A stretch of 64,000 bases of DNA from positions 4,464,001 through 4,528,000 of the forward strand of contig CATNEN010000002.1 in NCBI GenBank assembly GCA_950097015.1. Reading direction: 5' to 3'. Below are positions 23,599 to 36,350 of this stretch, piece by piece; the first letter of the stretch is position 1; each line of letters starts with the position of its first letter. The position numbers were made by a program, and so were the translations under genes. Source of the stretch: Macrostomum hystrix. Its lineage: Eukaryota > Animalia > Platyhelminthes. Below the pieces are notes generated by a model. The model was not told where the DNA came from. It saw nothing but the letters and a program-made list of their open reading frames with translations, and made no database searches.

Positions 23599-26500
23599 TC
23601 ACCAGTTCTTCAGGTCGATGGCATCCACTGACGGGTGCATCGCCTGCTCCACCGCCGACTCCTCCGAGGCCCGCATGGCAGCGACGGCGAATGCCTCCTG
23701 CCTGTTGAAGGACACGACCCGATGCGGCGTCAGGTAAGGTCGCGAGTTCGACGGGCAAGCCTGGTGGAGCCAATCGCCGAACTCCGTCTCGAGCTGCGAC
23801 GCGACCTGGTTGACGGAGCGCGAGTCAAGGACCATCACCGTCACGGAGGTTACGTTCTTGTTGTACAGGAAGATCACTTTCAGCTCTTCGAGCACGCTTT
23901 TAACGTCGGTCTCGTCACGGAGCCAGACTTTTACCTGAGAAGAAAAAGTGAGGTGTGGCATCTTGAAATTGACTGGTCAGAGATGTGAAAGTCTTAGCTT
24001 TGTCGCGTCACTAATCTTTGTGAGCTGTTTCTTGCTTCCTCGGATTTCATTCCATAAGCTGCTTGATTTCGATGCAAGGTGTCTCATTTCCTCTGGCTTG
24101 AAGATTTTCTCGGCTGCCAGACTTTCGGGACCTAAAACTCTTTGATGATAATTGTCGTTGTTTCGCTGTCGATCGGACGGCATGATTAATCCAGTTTAAC
24201 AAAAATAGCTTCCATGTTAACAAAAAACGCTAGGGGGTCGGTGGCAGAGCGGTTATCGCGCTTGCCTCTCGCACCAAGGTCCCTAAGTTCGATTCCACGG
24301 CGAGGCCACATTTATTTGGGACGCTGCCGCTGAGAGAAGGCTTGGGGGCTTGTCGTGCAATTTACGCCCTTGAGGGCCAATCTCCAAGGCACAGTGAAGT
24401 GTACACTGTCTGATGACGAGAACGTCAGGCCAGATGCACACACCTGTGTGAGCGTATGCCTGCGTACAGTATCTGTGTGCGTGTGTGCTCAGGAGTCAGC
24501 GAAATGGGCAGAATTGCCTCCTCGCTGGCTGCGGGTCTAGTGTCACTTAATTATGTGCCATTTCCCGCAGTCCTCCTGCAATTGTTATTATTATTATTAT
24601 TAACAAAGAAAGCTATTAATTCACTGATCTTGGGTTCAGTGTGTTTACATTATGACTACTATCTTTGGTGTTCTATATGAATTCTTATACGTATATATGC
24701 ATCCCTATACATTAAGCAGTGATGAGTCATCCTTTACAGTGAGCTATTTATTTTCTATACCACGTCCATGCATTCCTACCCCGCCGATGTACATTAAGCA
24801 GTGTTGAGTCATCCTTTACAGGGAACGATTCCTTTTCTATACCACGTCCATGCTTTCCTGCCCCACTAATGTACATTTCGCATAGATTAGTCATCCATCG
24901 CACTGAACCAATCGGTAACTTTCCAACTAATCCATCATTCGACCGCGTCCATTCTTTGACAAAGCTTTGACTTAGAAAAAATTTCGCTTTGTTTAACGGA
25001 AGCATAAACCTAAAATAGTTCCCAATCCAAAAACGAAACGGGATGTTTTTCAATGAAGACAAAGCTAGTTGTTTTACCCTTTGTCATTTCACAGTCCATT
25101 TCCTGCTTTTTTTACTTTTACAGCTCGCTTTATAGCGCACAATCTGACTTCCTATCTAGAACAGTTGGAACAGGTTGATTTCCTGTCCGTCCGTGCTTTA
25201 AAGTTGAGTTGCTACAAAAGTTGAATTAAAACGAGAAGTAATTTAGAAGCATATTTTTATGTTTTATGACACTAAGTTCGGGCTTAGTTAAAAGTTAAAA
25301 AACTTCGGTGCGTGAAAAGTTAGATCGTAAAATATTTTAACTACAAAAAAACTGACTATCCAAATTTAGTCGATGGCATTGAGACTGGTAGATAAGTGGA
25401 CAATGAGACTGGTAGACAAGTGGACAATGAGACTGGTAGACAAGTGGACAATGAGACTAGTAGACAAGTGGACAATGAGACTGGTAGACAAGTGGACAAT
25501 GAGACTGGCAGACTGGTGGACAGGTAGGCAATGAGACAGGCAATCAGCTGAACTCACATCGCCAAAGGCATAGTGGGCGTACAGTCTGCGCACAATGGCC
25601 GGCAGAGGGCTGGGGTTGCCTTCAGCGTCGAGTAGGTTCTCCTTGGCAACGCCAGTTGGTTTGGGCCGGAACCAGGCACTCAGGACGGGGCCAAGCAGTG
25701 AGTACAGTGGCGACCAATCGACGCAGTGCTCACCTGAGTAGCAGGCCAGCTTGCGGAGTTCCCGATCACCAGGCGTGTAGAAGTTGCTGATTCTACTTGG
25801 CAAGTTGTTTTCAAGGTCGAACGGCAGCCAATGGGCGAGGCTCTCGCAGGCCTCGAGCTTCTTCTGCCAGGGTCCTTCAGGAAGGCTGGCGCAGCCGACG
25901 CTCGAGCAGGTCAGCAGACAGTTTTCCATAGCCTGGCGAACTCTGTCTGCGCCAGCCAGCAGGTGCTTGGTTGAGATGTCCGACCAAAGGTGACCAACTT
26001 CCGTGGCCAGGGTGGCTGCCGCTTTAGCGCAGAACTCTGAGGATGAGCCCGACTGACAGTTGCTGACTGGGGCGACTGCGGTGTTGTTAAATTGATAGTG
26101 GCTGATTAGTGCAGGCTGATGAGACGCATGGATTATCTCAGGTGTGATAATCTAGGCTTCAGGCATATCTAATGTGTGATAATCTAGGGTTAAGGTATAT
26201 TTACGATAATCTGGGTTTCAGGTACATCTCAGGTGTGATAATCTAGGGTTCAGGTATATCTCAGGTGTGGTAATCTGGGGTTCAGGTATATCTCAGGTGT
26301 GGTAATCTAGGGTTCAGGTGTGGTAATCAATGGTTCAGGTATATCTCAGGTGTGGTAATCAATGGTTCAGGTATATCTGCTGAGTTCTCACTGAAAGCCT
26401 TGTCACCCTCAGGCGGCGGTCTTATCCGGGGCGGGCGGTACACAAAGTTGGGGCTCTGGTCCTGAGGCGGCCTGTCAAATTCGCAGTTGGCCTCGCCCGC

Positions 26501-29500
26501 CAGCGGCTCTACAACTCGACCATGAATCGCCTGCAGCGCCTTCTCCAGCAGGAACACTTTGAAGTCCTCAGAGGCGGAGCCGAAGCTGCGGCTGTTGCCG
26601 ACTGTGGTTGAAGAGGGCGGCGGCGTCAGCGGGCAGGTGGTGAAGTGCGAAGTCCTGGGATCACACTCAAGCCACACCTGGGCATTTCCAGGAAACAATG
26701 TTTTTATTATATAAAAATCCTAATTTTTTCTGAAATGTATATGAGTATTACTCTCCAGGTTGGTTATCCCGGGTAGATGATTCCCCGGTACAATTATTCC
26801 CTATTTAGATTATTCACCTGTAAAATTATCCCCTTTCTAGATTATTCCCCAGTTGAATTATTCCTATGTAGATCTTTCCCCACTTGAATTATCCCCAGAA
26901 GGATTATTTTCCTGTAAAATTATTCCCAGAAGGATTATTCTTCTGTTGCATTATCCCCTATTTAGATTATTCCCCAGTTGAATTATCCCAACGTAGATCA
27001 TTCGCCAGCTCGCACCTTGGCCACAGGTCTCATATCAATGTACACGCTGTCATTGTACACGCCGACTCCGAACATGCCGCGATGCTCGTGAAATTTCGGA
27101 GCGCAGACGGTGGCCGCCGCTTCGGCGAGCCTCCAGACGGTGTGCGGGCCTGGCAGGTAGGCCGGGCTGCTGGTGTCGAAGGCCAGCTGCATCGCGACAC
27201 CCTCCGGGTGGCCGCCGACCCGGGGGTCGCTGGCCGGCTCCAGCAGGGCTCGCTCGTCGAATTCGGTGAGGTAGGCTCGCCTGACGACAACTGGCACGAC
27301 TGAGTCAGCCCTGCCGCGGCCGTAGGTAAGCTTGTTGACCGCCGACTCCATGATGGCGTCGTAGCAGGCGACCAGGGCGGGGTGCAGGCGGAAGTAGCTG
27401 GCAATGATTAAGTGTAGGTAGCATTATAGACAGATTATTGATAGATAACTAGACTAGATGGAAGCATGGATAGAGACTGGGGCTAGTGACACAGTGGTTA
27501 ATGCGTTTGCATCTTGCGACAAGGTCCCTGAGCTCGATTCCGCTGCGGGGCCACATTCATTTGGGGCCCAGCCGCGGAGAGAAGGCTTGGAGGCTTGTCG
27601 TGCAATTTACGCCCTTGAGGTTCAACCTCCAAGGCACATTGAGAGTGTGCACTGCCTGACGATGAGCAGATGTACACACCTGTGTGTGTGCTCAGGAGTC
27701 AGCGAGATGGGCAGAATTGCCTCCTCGCTGGCTGCAATGTCACCGAATGATGTGCCGTAGCCCAAAAACCTCCTGCAAACGTTATTTTTATTATCGAAAA
27801 AAACAGAGCGGTAAGCAATTGGTTCAGTTATTGCCATAGACTAACCGAAACTCGGCGCTGGGACTCTTGAACATGCCGAGTCTTGAGTAGCTCCCCAGCG
27901 GCGTCTCAGGGTCCAGGGATCCGTCTGATTTCACGATGGGACAAATGGAAGGGGAAAATAGGGATTGAGATAAGATTAGCAAAATGTTCAGCCTGCTGAG
28001 CGTCCGATTACTCAACAAATTTCTGCGAACTACCTTGGATTATTGAGTAGACAGGGCTAATTTCCTGTATTTCATCAGGTGGTGTTGTACTTTTAAGTTA
28101 AAAGTACACATCTTTTTGACGCATGTAAATGGGCTATGTGGGGAAAAAACTACCTAGTTAATAATATATCTAGATAATAATCTATCTAGGGAATAATCTA
28201 ACTAGGGAATAATCTATCTAGGGAATTATCTATCTAGGGAATAATCTAACTAGGGAATAATCCATCTAGGGAATAATCTAACTAGGGAATAATCTATCTA
28301 GGGAATAATCTATCTAGGGAATCATCTATCTAGGGAATCATCTATCTAGGGAATTATCTATCTAGGGAATAATCTACCTAGGGAATCATCTATCTATGGA
28401 ATAATCTATCTAGGGAATCATCTGTCTAGGGAATCATCTATCTAGATAATAATCTATCTAGGTAATAATCTATCTCGGGATTAATCTATCTAGGGAATAA
28501 TCTATCTAGGGAATAATCTATCTAGATAATAACCTATCTAGGGAATTATCTATATAGGGAATCGTCTATCTAGGGAATCATCTATCTATGTAGTCATCTA
28601 ATTGTGGTGGGACAATTGTAAAAGTACATTTTTGACGCCTTTTTGTCCCTCAGTGACCCTGGAAATGGAAATTAAATGACACCTGCAAATCAATTTACAA
28701 GTATTTGTATTACAAGTTACAATTTACCAGCTAGCACCCCTTGTATTTGAAACCTGCAGATGGCCGTTAGTGGCACATTTCTAGGTCTAAACTGAGGCCT
28801 GGATACTGAAAGTCAATGAGAAAAGCCGTTAGAAATTCAGCGCACAATGAACCCACCAAACAGGGGTTTATCAGCCAGCGCCAGCGGCTCCATGCCGGTC
28901 ACATCGTACTGCGCCACCAGTCTCTGGGGCGGTTCAACCGGCAGCAGCCCGGAGCCGATGGTCTTGTGAAACACCACCGCCTGCACCGGCTCCAGCGGAG
29001 ACTCCGCCGGCGGCCGACGCTGCTTCAGCACCGCCAGGCGAAGTCGCTGATTTGCAAACGACGAAGTTGAATCGGCTGGAATGTTGCTGGCGAAGTCAAA
29101 GCCGGAGCAGCTTGCGAGGTTGGCAACGCGAGGAAGAGCTTCGGGATCGACGACTGCGGAGCCATCCGAGTTCAACAGTTCCAGATCGAGTAGGCGACCT
29201 TCGCTGCGAAGGCTGGGACGGTCTGTGGAATGTTTGATGCCCGCACGGATTATTTCTTTTGGGATAGTATTGCTCGAGTAGATTGTTCCCCAGGAAGATT
29301 GTTCCCCAGGTAGATTATCCCCAGGTAGATTATTCCCCAGGTAGATGATCCAGGTAGATTATTCTCCAGGTAGATTATTCTCCAGGTAGATTATTCCCCA
29401 GGTAGATTATTCCATGCCAAACTCACCTGCGGTCGGAGCCACCCAACCGGCCGTGACTTTGAGCCGCAAGTTCGGCCAGCTCAGCCTCATCAAAGCGTCC

Positions 29501-31394
29501 AGCTTTCTAACCGCCTGATACATCCTTGACGACATCAGTCTGGCTGAGCACTTCAGGTGCCTCTCCCAGCCGCTCAGGTATTTAGGGCAGTCGGGAAACA
29601 CAAAAGCTCCCGCCGAAACGTCGCCCTCAACGCTGGACGATGCCGGATACTGCATCAGCCTGGCGTAGTCCTCCGACTCCGGCGGAACGGCCAATTCGTC
29701 GCCCGGACCAACGATAGCCTCCGGCTTGACTGCCGGACCGTGCAGGTATCCTGACGAGCCTGAGCAGGCGGTCTCCAGCTCCGCGCTCGCGTTGAAGCCG
29801 GCAAAGAAGCCCAGCTCCCAGTGCCGCCGAGTCCAGGCCTCCAACTGGGCTGAGTCGACAAAGTCACCGCCGTCAGCTTGAAACACCAGCTTGGAAGGCT
29901 TGCGGCGACTCTGCAGAAGCACCGTCAGCGTGGCTGTCGACTGCGGGCTCTGCTTGGCGACGAGGCCGAAGTCCCAGCCGGCCGCGGTGAGGCGGGTGGC
30001 GCAGGCCCGGGCGAAGGCGGCAACGAGACGGCGCTGCTGCTGCTGGACGCTGTTCGCTGACGAGGCCGCTGAGGTGACGGCCGTGCGAAGGGCGACTTCC
30101 GCGGCGGAGCCTGGAAAGAATTTTGACTTTTTTAGAGACTTGTGGCACCTATTCAGTGGAGCTTCCGAAGGCTTTGTGCAGACTGTTCAGTCCGCGGACT
30201 GTGTGACCGCCACATCCATAAAAAGTTTTACCCCAGCTAACGCTACTTCCCGATTGAGTTTCAGAGCGGTCTAACGCGATTTTGTCTCGCGCGAAGGTCC
30301 CTGAGCTCGATTCCGCGACAAGGCCACATTAATTTGGGACGCAGCCGCGGAGAGAAGGCTTGGTGGCTTGTCGTGCAATAACCTCCAGGGCAAAGTGAGA
30401 GTGTACACTGTCTGACGATGAGAAAGTCAGGGCAGATGTACACACCTGTTTGCGTGTGACGTGAATGACCTGTCACGTGATGTCCGTGTGTGTGTGTGCT
30501 TGGCCAATCGCAGGCATCAAACAAAGAGTCACGTGACTCGGCACGCACCAGCCGCGTGATAATTGATTGGAAAAGCCGGCGAAGGTCCGGTCTCGGACAG
30601 AGGTAGGTAGCCGCGGACCAGGCGCAGTCGGTCACCGTCGGCCTGAAGGTCCGAGTTCATGTCAGCCAGGCAGCCGATGAGATCTGGATGAGCACGGAAG
30701 ATCCGCCTGTTCGGGCCGCCGCTCCATTCGTCTAGTGTCAGGCCCCTGTGGGAGCGGGATTGGGAAAAATCGGTCATTATCAAAAACTGCATTTTACTGA
30801 AAATAGCCATTATACTAATCGGTCATTTACTAAAATCGATTATTTGGTCAAATCAGTCATTCAGTTAAATCGGTCATTCAGTAAAGCTGGTCATTCAGTA
30901 AAGCTGGTCATTCAGTTAAATCAGTCATTTAGTAAAATCGGTCATTCAGTAAAACCGGTCATTCAGTAAAATCAGCCATTCAGTTAAATCGGTCATTCAG
31001 TCAAATCGATCATTCAGTAAAGCTGGTCATTCAGTAAAATCGGTCATTCAGTAAAGCTGGTCATTCAGTAAAATCTGTCATTCAGTAAAATCTGTCATTC
31101 AGTAAAATTAGAATTAAAATTAAAATGAAATCGGTCATTCAGTAAAGCTGGTCATTACCCCAGTCATGACCATCGCAGTCGAACTCACCAAGCCAGGCGG
31201 GAATTCTCGGGTCGCCGTTCGAAAGCCAAACTCCCCGTGTCCTCGGGATCCTCGTGACCCGGCGGTGATTGGTTGTCCAACGGCGTGTAGTCCTCGCCGG
31301 AAGGAAAAGTCACGGGCGAGGCGGTCACGGCGATGACTGTCAGGAGAACGCTGACGGCAGCGAAAGGAAGTAGGGCAGCTTGACTGCCTGACAT
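23599..31394 (-). CDS. Secreted ~1012-aa Hedge (Hedgehog-N)/peptidase-M15-fold multidomain protein without Hint domain, 9 exons
   Basis: Exons (-) 31394-31189, 30745-30549, 30110-29427, 29222-28857, 27924-27846, 27397-27016, 26677-26407, 26075-25558, 23934-23599 sum to 3039 nt with consistent phases; the exon 7/8 junction is least certain. Signal peptide. RLMSSRMYQAVRKLDALMRLSWPNLRLKVTAGW and SLRSEGRLLDL...RVANLASCSGFDF align to Hedgehog [33 protein letters not shown] and SLHYEGRAVDI...LARLAVEAGFDW. Confidence 0.8.
24232..24603 (+). mobile_element. SINE family A copy (intron 8 of the Hedge-like gene)
   Basis: Near full-length, from gggggtcggtggcagagcgg to the (att)n tail. Confidence 0.9.
25378..25520. 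repeat. 24-bp minisatellite (gagactggtagacaagtggacaat)n, intronic
   Basis: Tandem copies starting about 40 nt from the exon 8 donor. Confidence 0.85.
26130..26380. repeat. ~23-bp degenerate minisatellite (atctcaggtgtgataatctaggg)
   Basis: Tandem copies fill intron 7. Confidence 0.8.
26760..26995. repeat. Degenerate (tagattattcccc) array
   Basis: Repeated attatcccc/attattccc motif in intron 6. Confidence 0.65.
27480..27792 (+). mobile_element. SINE family A copy (intron 5 of the Hedge-like gene)
   Basis: Shared body with internal deletions. Confidence 0.8.
28150..28600. repeat. 16-bp minisatellite (tatctagggaataatc)n
   Basis: Tandem copies in intron 4. Confidence 0.9.
29278..29413. repeat. 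16-bp minisatellite (ggtagattattcccca)n
   Basis: Tandem copies in intron 3; approximately the reverse complement of the 28150 unit. Confidence 0.85.
30265..30450 (+). mobile_element. SINE family A partial copy
   Basis: Head and part of body only. Confidence 0.75.
30775..31157. repeat. 17-bp minisatellite (ggtcattcagtaaaatc)n
   Basis: Tandem copies in intron 1. Confidence 0.9.
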
Positions 31395-31467
31395 GACTGA
31401 CACCCTTGAGGCAGAAAGAGTTTCATAATTGTGCTGTTAAATTGTTAAATGTGCTGTTGAGAACTCG

Positions 31468-31790
31468 CTTATTCAGTCACTCCTTTATTCAGTCACTTCC
31501 TCGTTCAGCCACTCCTTCGTTCAGTCACTCCTTCATTCAGTCACTCCTTCATTCAGTCACTCCTTCATTCAGTCACTCCTTCATTCAGTCACTACTTTAT
31601 TCAGTCACTACTTTATTCAGTCACTACTTTATTCAGTCACTACTTTATTCAGTCACTTCCTCGTTCAGTCAGTATTTCATTCAGTCAGTACTTCATTCAG
31701 TCAGTACTTCATTCAGTCACTCCTTTATTCAGTCAGTATTTCATTCAGTCAGTACTTCATTCAGTCACTCCTTTATTCATTCATTCCATT
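31468..31790. repeat. 12-bp minisatellite (ttcagtcactcc)n
   Basis: Tandem copies just upstream of the Hedge-like start codon. Confidence 0.85.
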
Positions 31791-32514
31791 CTCTAATCAC
31801 CCTTTTCTGCAGTCACTCTTTCTCTCACTACTTTGTTATAGACAGGAAAATGTTAACATTAAAAGGTAGATTATTCTGTAATTTAAATAAGTAAATCACA
31901 TTTGAAAACATTTGAAGCGACTTACAGTTGCAGCTTGAAGACGAAAAATTCCTAAATAATATTATATTACAGACTAATCGGCAGAAGTAATATGAAATTT
32001 GTCAATAAGCAAGCGGGCCCCTAGCCTAGAAAAAAACACCAGAAGATTATAATTTTTTAAATACTGTGAAGCAAAACTAAAGAGAAAGGAGTAGATTAGA
32101 TAAGAAAAAAAGCAGAAAGTACATTTCCGTTGGCTATTCCATGTGCATGCACGGTCAAATTACCAAATGTGCCACCTAATTGAATTTGAATTCAGTTGCG
32201 GCAAAAACAGAAGATCAGATAAGACAATCGAATCTATAGTCTGGGACTTTTTCAGTTTAGACTATCTATGACTGAGAATTTCAATATTTCATTTTTCCGT
32301 TAGCGAGACGATAGTAATAGTGCAAGACATTACTCTTTCAAGTACATTAAAACAAATTAGCTTCCCTGTGAGCGTGTCTTTAGCGATCCAGGCTGAGGCA
32401 TTAGAATCAGATTTAACTTTTCGATTGAAATATCTTGCTTTTGTTCAAATAGACAACAGCAAAAATCAAATAATTTCTTGACCATTTTGAGCTATTTAAG
32501 ATTAAAATTAATTT

Positions 32515-32515
32515 T

Positions 32516-32547
<32 letters not shown>

Positions 32548-33172
32548 GGCGTGGTGGTGGTTAGGGCGTCGGACTCACGACTTGAAGGTCGGCGGTTCGA
32601 TTCCCGTCTCCACTTAAACAATTTGTGTCCTTTAATTTAGCAAGACACTTAACTCTGCATTGCTTCAGTTCACCCAGCTGTTAAATGGGTACCAGCATTA
32701 GCTGGGATAATTGAAGGTGGGTGTGGCGTCCCCCCAGTCCATGGACTGAACAGCCGTACGCAGCCTTCAGATGCGCCGCGCAATAGCTGCGGCTGTGCTG
32801 TCGGCTGCACATCTGACCCGATTTGGGCAGGTGTAATCAATTATTATTATTTATTATTATTATTATTAGTTAGTTAGTTAGTTACTTAGTTAGTTAGTTA
32901 GCTAGTTAGTTAGTCAGCTAGTTAGTTACTTAGTTAGTTAGTTAGTTAGTTAGTTAGCTAGTTAGTTAGTTACTTAGTTACTTAGTTACTTAGTTAGTTA
33001 GTTAGTTAGTTAGTTAGATAGTTACTTAGTTACTTACTTAGTTAGTTAGTTAGTTAGTTAGTTACTTAGTTAGTTAGTTAGTCAGTTAGTTAGTTAATTA
33101 GTTTGTTAGTTAGTCAGTTAGTTAGTTAGTTAGTTAGTCAGTTAGTTAGTTAATTAGTTAGTTAGTTAGTTC
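32515..33172. repeat. (TTAG)n microsatellite interrupted by a SINE-B
   Basis: gtta repeats on both sides of the SINE. Confidence 0.9.
32547..32868 (+). mobile_element. SINE family B (tRNA head + CORE-like segment), full length, inside a (TTAG)n microsatellite
   Basis: A-box-like tggtggtggttagg, B-box ggttcgattcc, central gcaagacacttaact...cttcagttcacccagctgttaaatgggtacc, ATT tail, flanked on both sides by (GTTA)n. Confidence 0.85.
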
Positions 33173-33667
33173 AGACTTTCTGCATTAACAGCTTCCAGTT
33201 TGATGAATTTGAGATCAAATTTCTTGAAACTTGATCTCAAGATGAGTGACGTAAAAACAACAATAAGTATTATAATGTTATAACTTTAATCAGATGTCGA
33301 ATTCTATGCAAAGGGAAGCTGCAATTGTCAATTTATACCATAGAACACTCTTTCCTCAGCTTGAACTCTAAAACAAAGGGCTGCAGCTGCATCTGCTCAG
33401 TTTATATATAACCTAATCAGCGCGTTTCTTACACAGCGTTTTGTTCACGCTGCCCGCGCTCTTTTAAAAGTGTTTGAGCCATAGACAACTGCGTTTCTTA
33501 CACAGCGAAAAGTCATATAAAACACGAACTACTGAAATACTACAATGCACTAACTCTGAGCAATCAGCCCAGCGATATGCTGCATAGTGAACATCGCTGT
33601 AGTTTCACACAGTAGTTTCATTTTGGCAACTGATTTTTGCATCAACAAACAACCTGGCTACACTGCA

Positions 33668-33960
33668 ATGAATATTTATCAAGCTACTGAGGACCAGCAA
33701 GCCAATAGTCGTGTGAAACCTGCCGCCACCACTAGCAACCCGAAGGACTCTCGCGAAGTGGCGAAACCGGCTGGCTGGCAGCAGCAGCAGCAGCGGCCAA
33801 GACCCTGCCTCGGCTGTCTGATGCGAGCCATTCAAAACAGCCGCCTCGTTAACCCAAGCTGGCTTGCCGCCTTCACCGAGCTTGAAGAAGCCTTCGTCAT
33901 CAAGCAGGTGGCCGATTCGATGGTTAGCGCCAATGCTCCCGCGGAGCCAAACAAAATCTT

Positions 33961-33995
<35 letters not shown>

Positions 33996-34105
33996 CACAG
34001 GTGATTCCTAACGGGACCAAGCCGACCAAATGGATGGCACTGAAGGCTTTGTGCAACATAGCTGAGGAGCTGGGACAATGCAATCACCAGGCGGCTTTGA
34101 TTTAA
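33668..34105 (+). CDS. Possible small poly-Gln protein (single ORF or exon)
   Basis: GC-rich open frame MNIYQATEDQQ...LCNIAEELGQCNHQAALI* with CAG runs typical of exons in this window. TATA-like ttatatataa near 33401. No recognisable domain. Confidence 0.35.
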
Positions 34106-34371
34106 TCTTCTCGCCGGGTGCTCTTTTCTGTTAAATCATCGAAGCAAGAAATTTTATTTGACGTCCAATTCAATTGACAACGTTTGATGCCATTGTCGAG
34201 TGGGTACGTTGTCGATTGCTATTGAAATACAAAGATCAGATGGCAGGAAATGTTTTCAAGCTCATGGTTATTCTTTTATTTAGGAACTTTTATCCAATGG
34301 AATCGATTGTATCTAAAATGTGCACTTTTATCTACGAGAAGTACATGTAGACACGCGCAATCCTTATTTGC

Positions 34372-34945
34372 AGTTTCTCTATAAACTGAGCAGATTCTCT
34401 ATGAACTGAGCAGATTCTCTATAAACTGGGCAGATTCTCTATAAACTGAGCAGATTCTCTATAAACTGAGCAGATTCTCTATAACCTAAGCAGATTCTCT
34501 ATAAACTGAGCAGATTCTCTATAACCTAAGCAGATTCTCGATAAACTGAGCAGATTTAAACTGTGCAGATTCTCTATAACCTAAGCAGATTCTCTATAAA
34601 CTGGGCAGATTCTCTATAAACTGAGCAGATTCTCTATAAACTGAGCAGATTCTCTATAAACTGGGCAGATTCTCTATAAACTGAGCAGATTCTCTATAAC
34701 CTAAGCAGATTCTCGATAAACTGAGCAGATTTAAACTGAGCAGATTCTCTATAACCTAAGCAGATTCTCTATAAACTGGGCAGATTCTCTATAAACTGAG
34801 CAGATTCTCTATAAACTGAGCAGATTCTCTATAAACTGAGCAGATTCTCTATAAACTGAGCAGATTCTCTATAACCTAAGCAGATTCTCTATAACCTAAG
34901 CAGATTCTCTATAAACTGAGCAGATTCTCTATAAACTGAGCAGAT
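34372..34945. repeat. 20-bp minisatellite (tctctataaactgagcagat)n
   Basis: Tandem copies with variant aacctaag units recurring in higher-order blocks. Confidence 0.9.
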
Positions 34946-35624
34946 TTCCAATAAAACTTTCGACTTGTAGTTAAATAACAGATTGCAAAAAGTCTAACGA
35001 CAATCAAAAGTCAAAGCTCTGAAAAAATCTTAGATAAAGACTGAGAACACAGTAGCCAATCAATATATATTTATATTTTAAAGAAATATTAAAATGACAC
35101 ACCGCATACTACTTACTCACTCGTAAGTAGTATGCAAATTATGACTGCACCAAACTTGTTAATAAAACTCAGATTTTTATCTATTCTACACAAAAAAGTT
35201 ACTATCAAAAGCTTACAAGTTAGTTTATGAACATTAAATATAAATTTATTATTATACATCAATAAATAGAGCAGCATCTATGCAGTGCTAGTTAATGTAG
35301 ACGTTATTTAAACAAATGGCGCAGATGTGTATTTAAAAAAACAGAATCACATAGGAAATCGGCCGATAAATTGCTATAAAGTGGCCACCTTGAGAAAATG
35401 AGCGGTGATGTTTTACCTGAAAGCGAAGCATATTTTACCTACAAAATCATTAGCAATTGAATGACTTGACTTTCACTGAAGCTGTGAGAAACGCATTGCT
35501 AATCGATGATAAAACATGCTCTCATTAGTATTTTAAATCCACACTGACTTAGATTTTTGGCAAAGAGATTGCAAATAAAATAGGTATGCGACTAAAGGAT
35601 AGAATTACTGAATACTAACTTGAA

Positions 35625-36350
35625 GACTGACAGATAGGCTGACAGATTCGACTGACTGACTGACAGGCTGACAGATTCGACTGACAAACTGACAAATATG
35701 ACTGACTGACAGGCTGACAGATTTGACTGACTAACTGACAGGCTGACAGATTTGACTGACTGACTGACAGGCTGACAGATTTGACTGACTGACTGACAGG
35801 CTGACAGATTTGACTGACTGACTGACAGGCTGACAGATTTGACTGTCTGACTGACAGGCTGACAGATTTGACTGACTAACTGACAGGCTGACAGATTTGA
35901 CTGACTGACTGACAGGCTGACAGATTTGACTGACTGACTGACAGGCTGACAGATTTTACTGACTGACTGACAGATTTGACTGACGGACAGGCTGACAGAT
36001 TTGACTGACGGACAGGCTGACAGATTTGACTGACGGACAGGCTGACAGATTTGACTGACTGACTGACAGGCTGACAAATTCGACTGACAAACTGACAGGC
36101 TGACAGATTTGACTGACTGACTGACAGGCTGACAGATCTGACTGACTGACAGGCTGACAGATTTGACTGACTGACAGGCTGACAGATTTGACTGACTGAA
36201 TGACAGGCTGACAGATTTGACTGACTGACTGACAGGCTGACAAATTCGACTGACAAACTGACGGACTGACAGATTTGACTGACAGACTGACAAATATGAG
36301 TGACTGACAAGCTGACAGATTCGACTGACAGACAGACAGACAGACGGACA
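35625..36350. repeat. ~24-28-bp minisatellite (ctgacagatttgactgactgactgacagg)n
   Basis: Tandem copies; the source of the 35592-36393 repetitive ORFs. Confidence 0.9.

Noticed and set aside
24513-24545. SINE-A motif GCCTCCTCGCTGGC is identical to the P3/L3 of the genomic HDV ribozyme
   Set aside because: No matching P1 5' strand, no GG for P1.1 at the right place and no J4/2-P2' could be assembled. The downstream ggctgcggg is better explained by pairing with cccgcagcc in the SINE 3' hairpin. An RNArobo/Infernal search on the consensus would settle it.
23599-31394. Calling this gene hedgehog (hh) or hedgling
   Set aside because: It lacks the N-terminal CGPG, the Hint domain and the VWA/cadherin repeats, so no gene symbol was assigned.
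32547-32625. tRNA gene
   Set aside because: The tRNA-like A/B boxes run directly into a SINE body present in several copies, so this is a SINE head.
32515-33172. Telomeric repeat
   Set aside because: The unit is TTAG, not TTAGG or TTAGGG, and it is interstitial.
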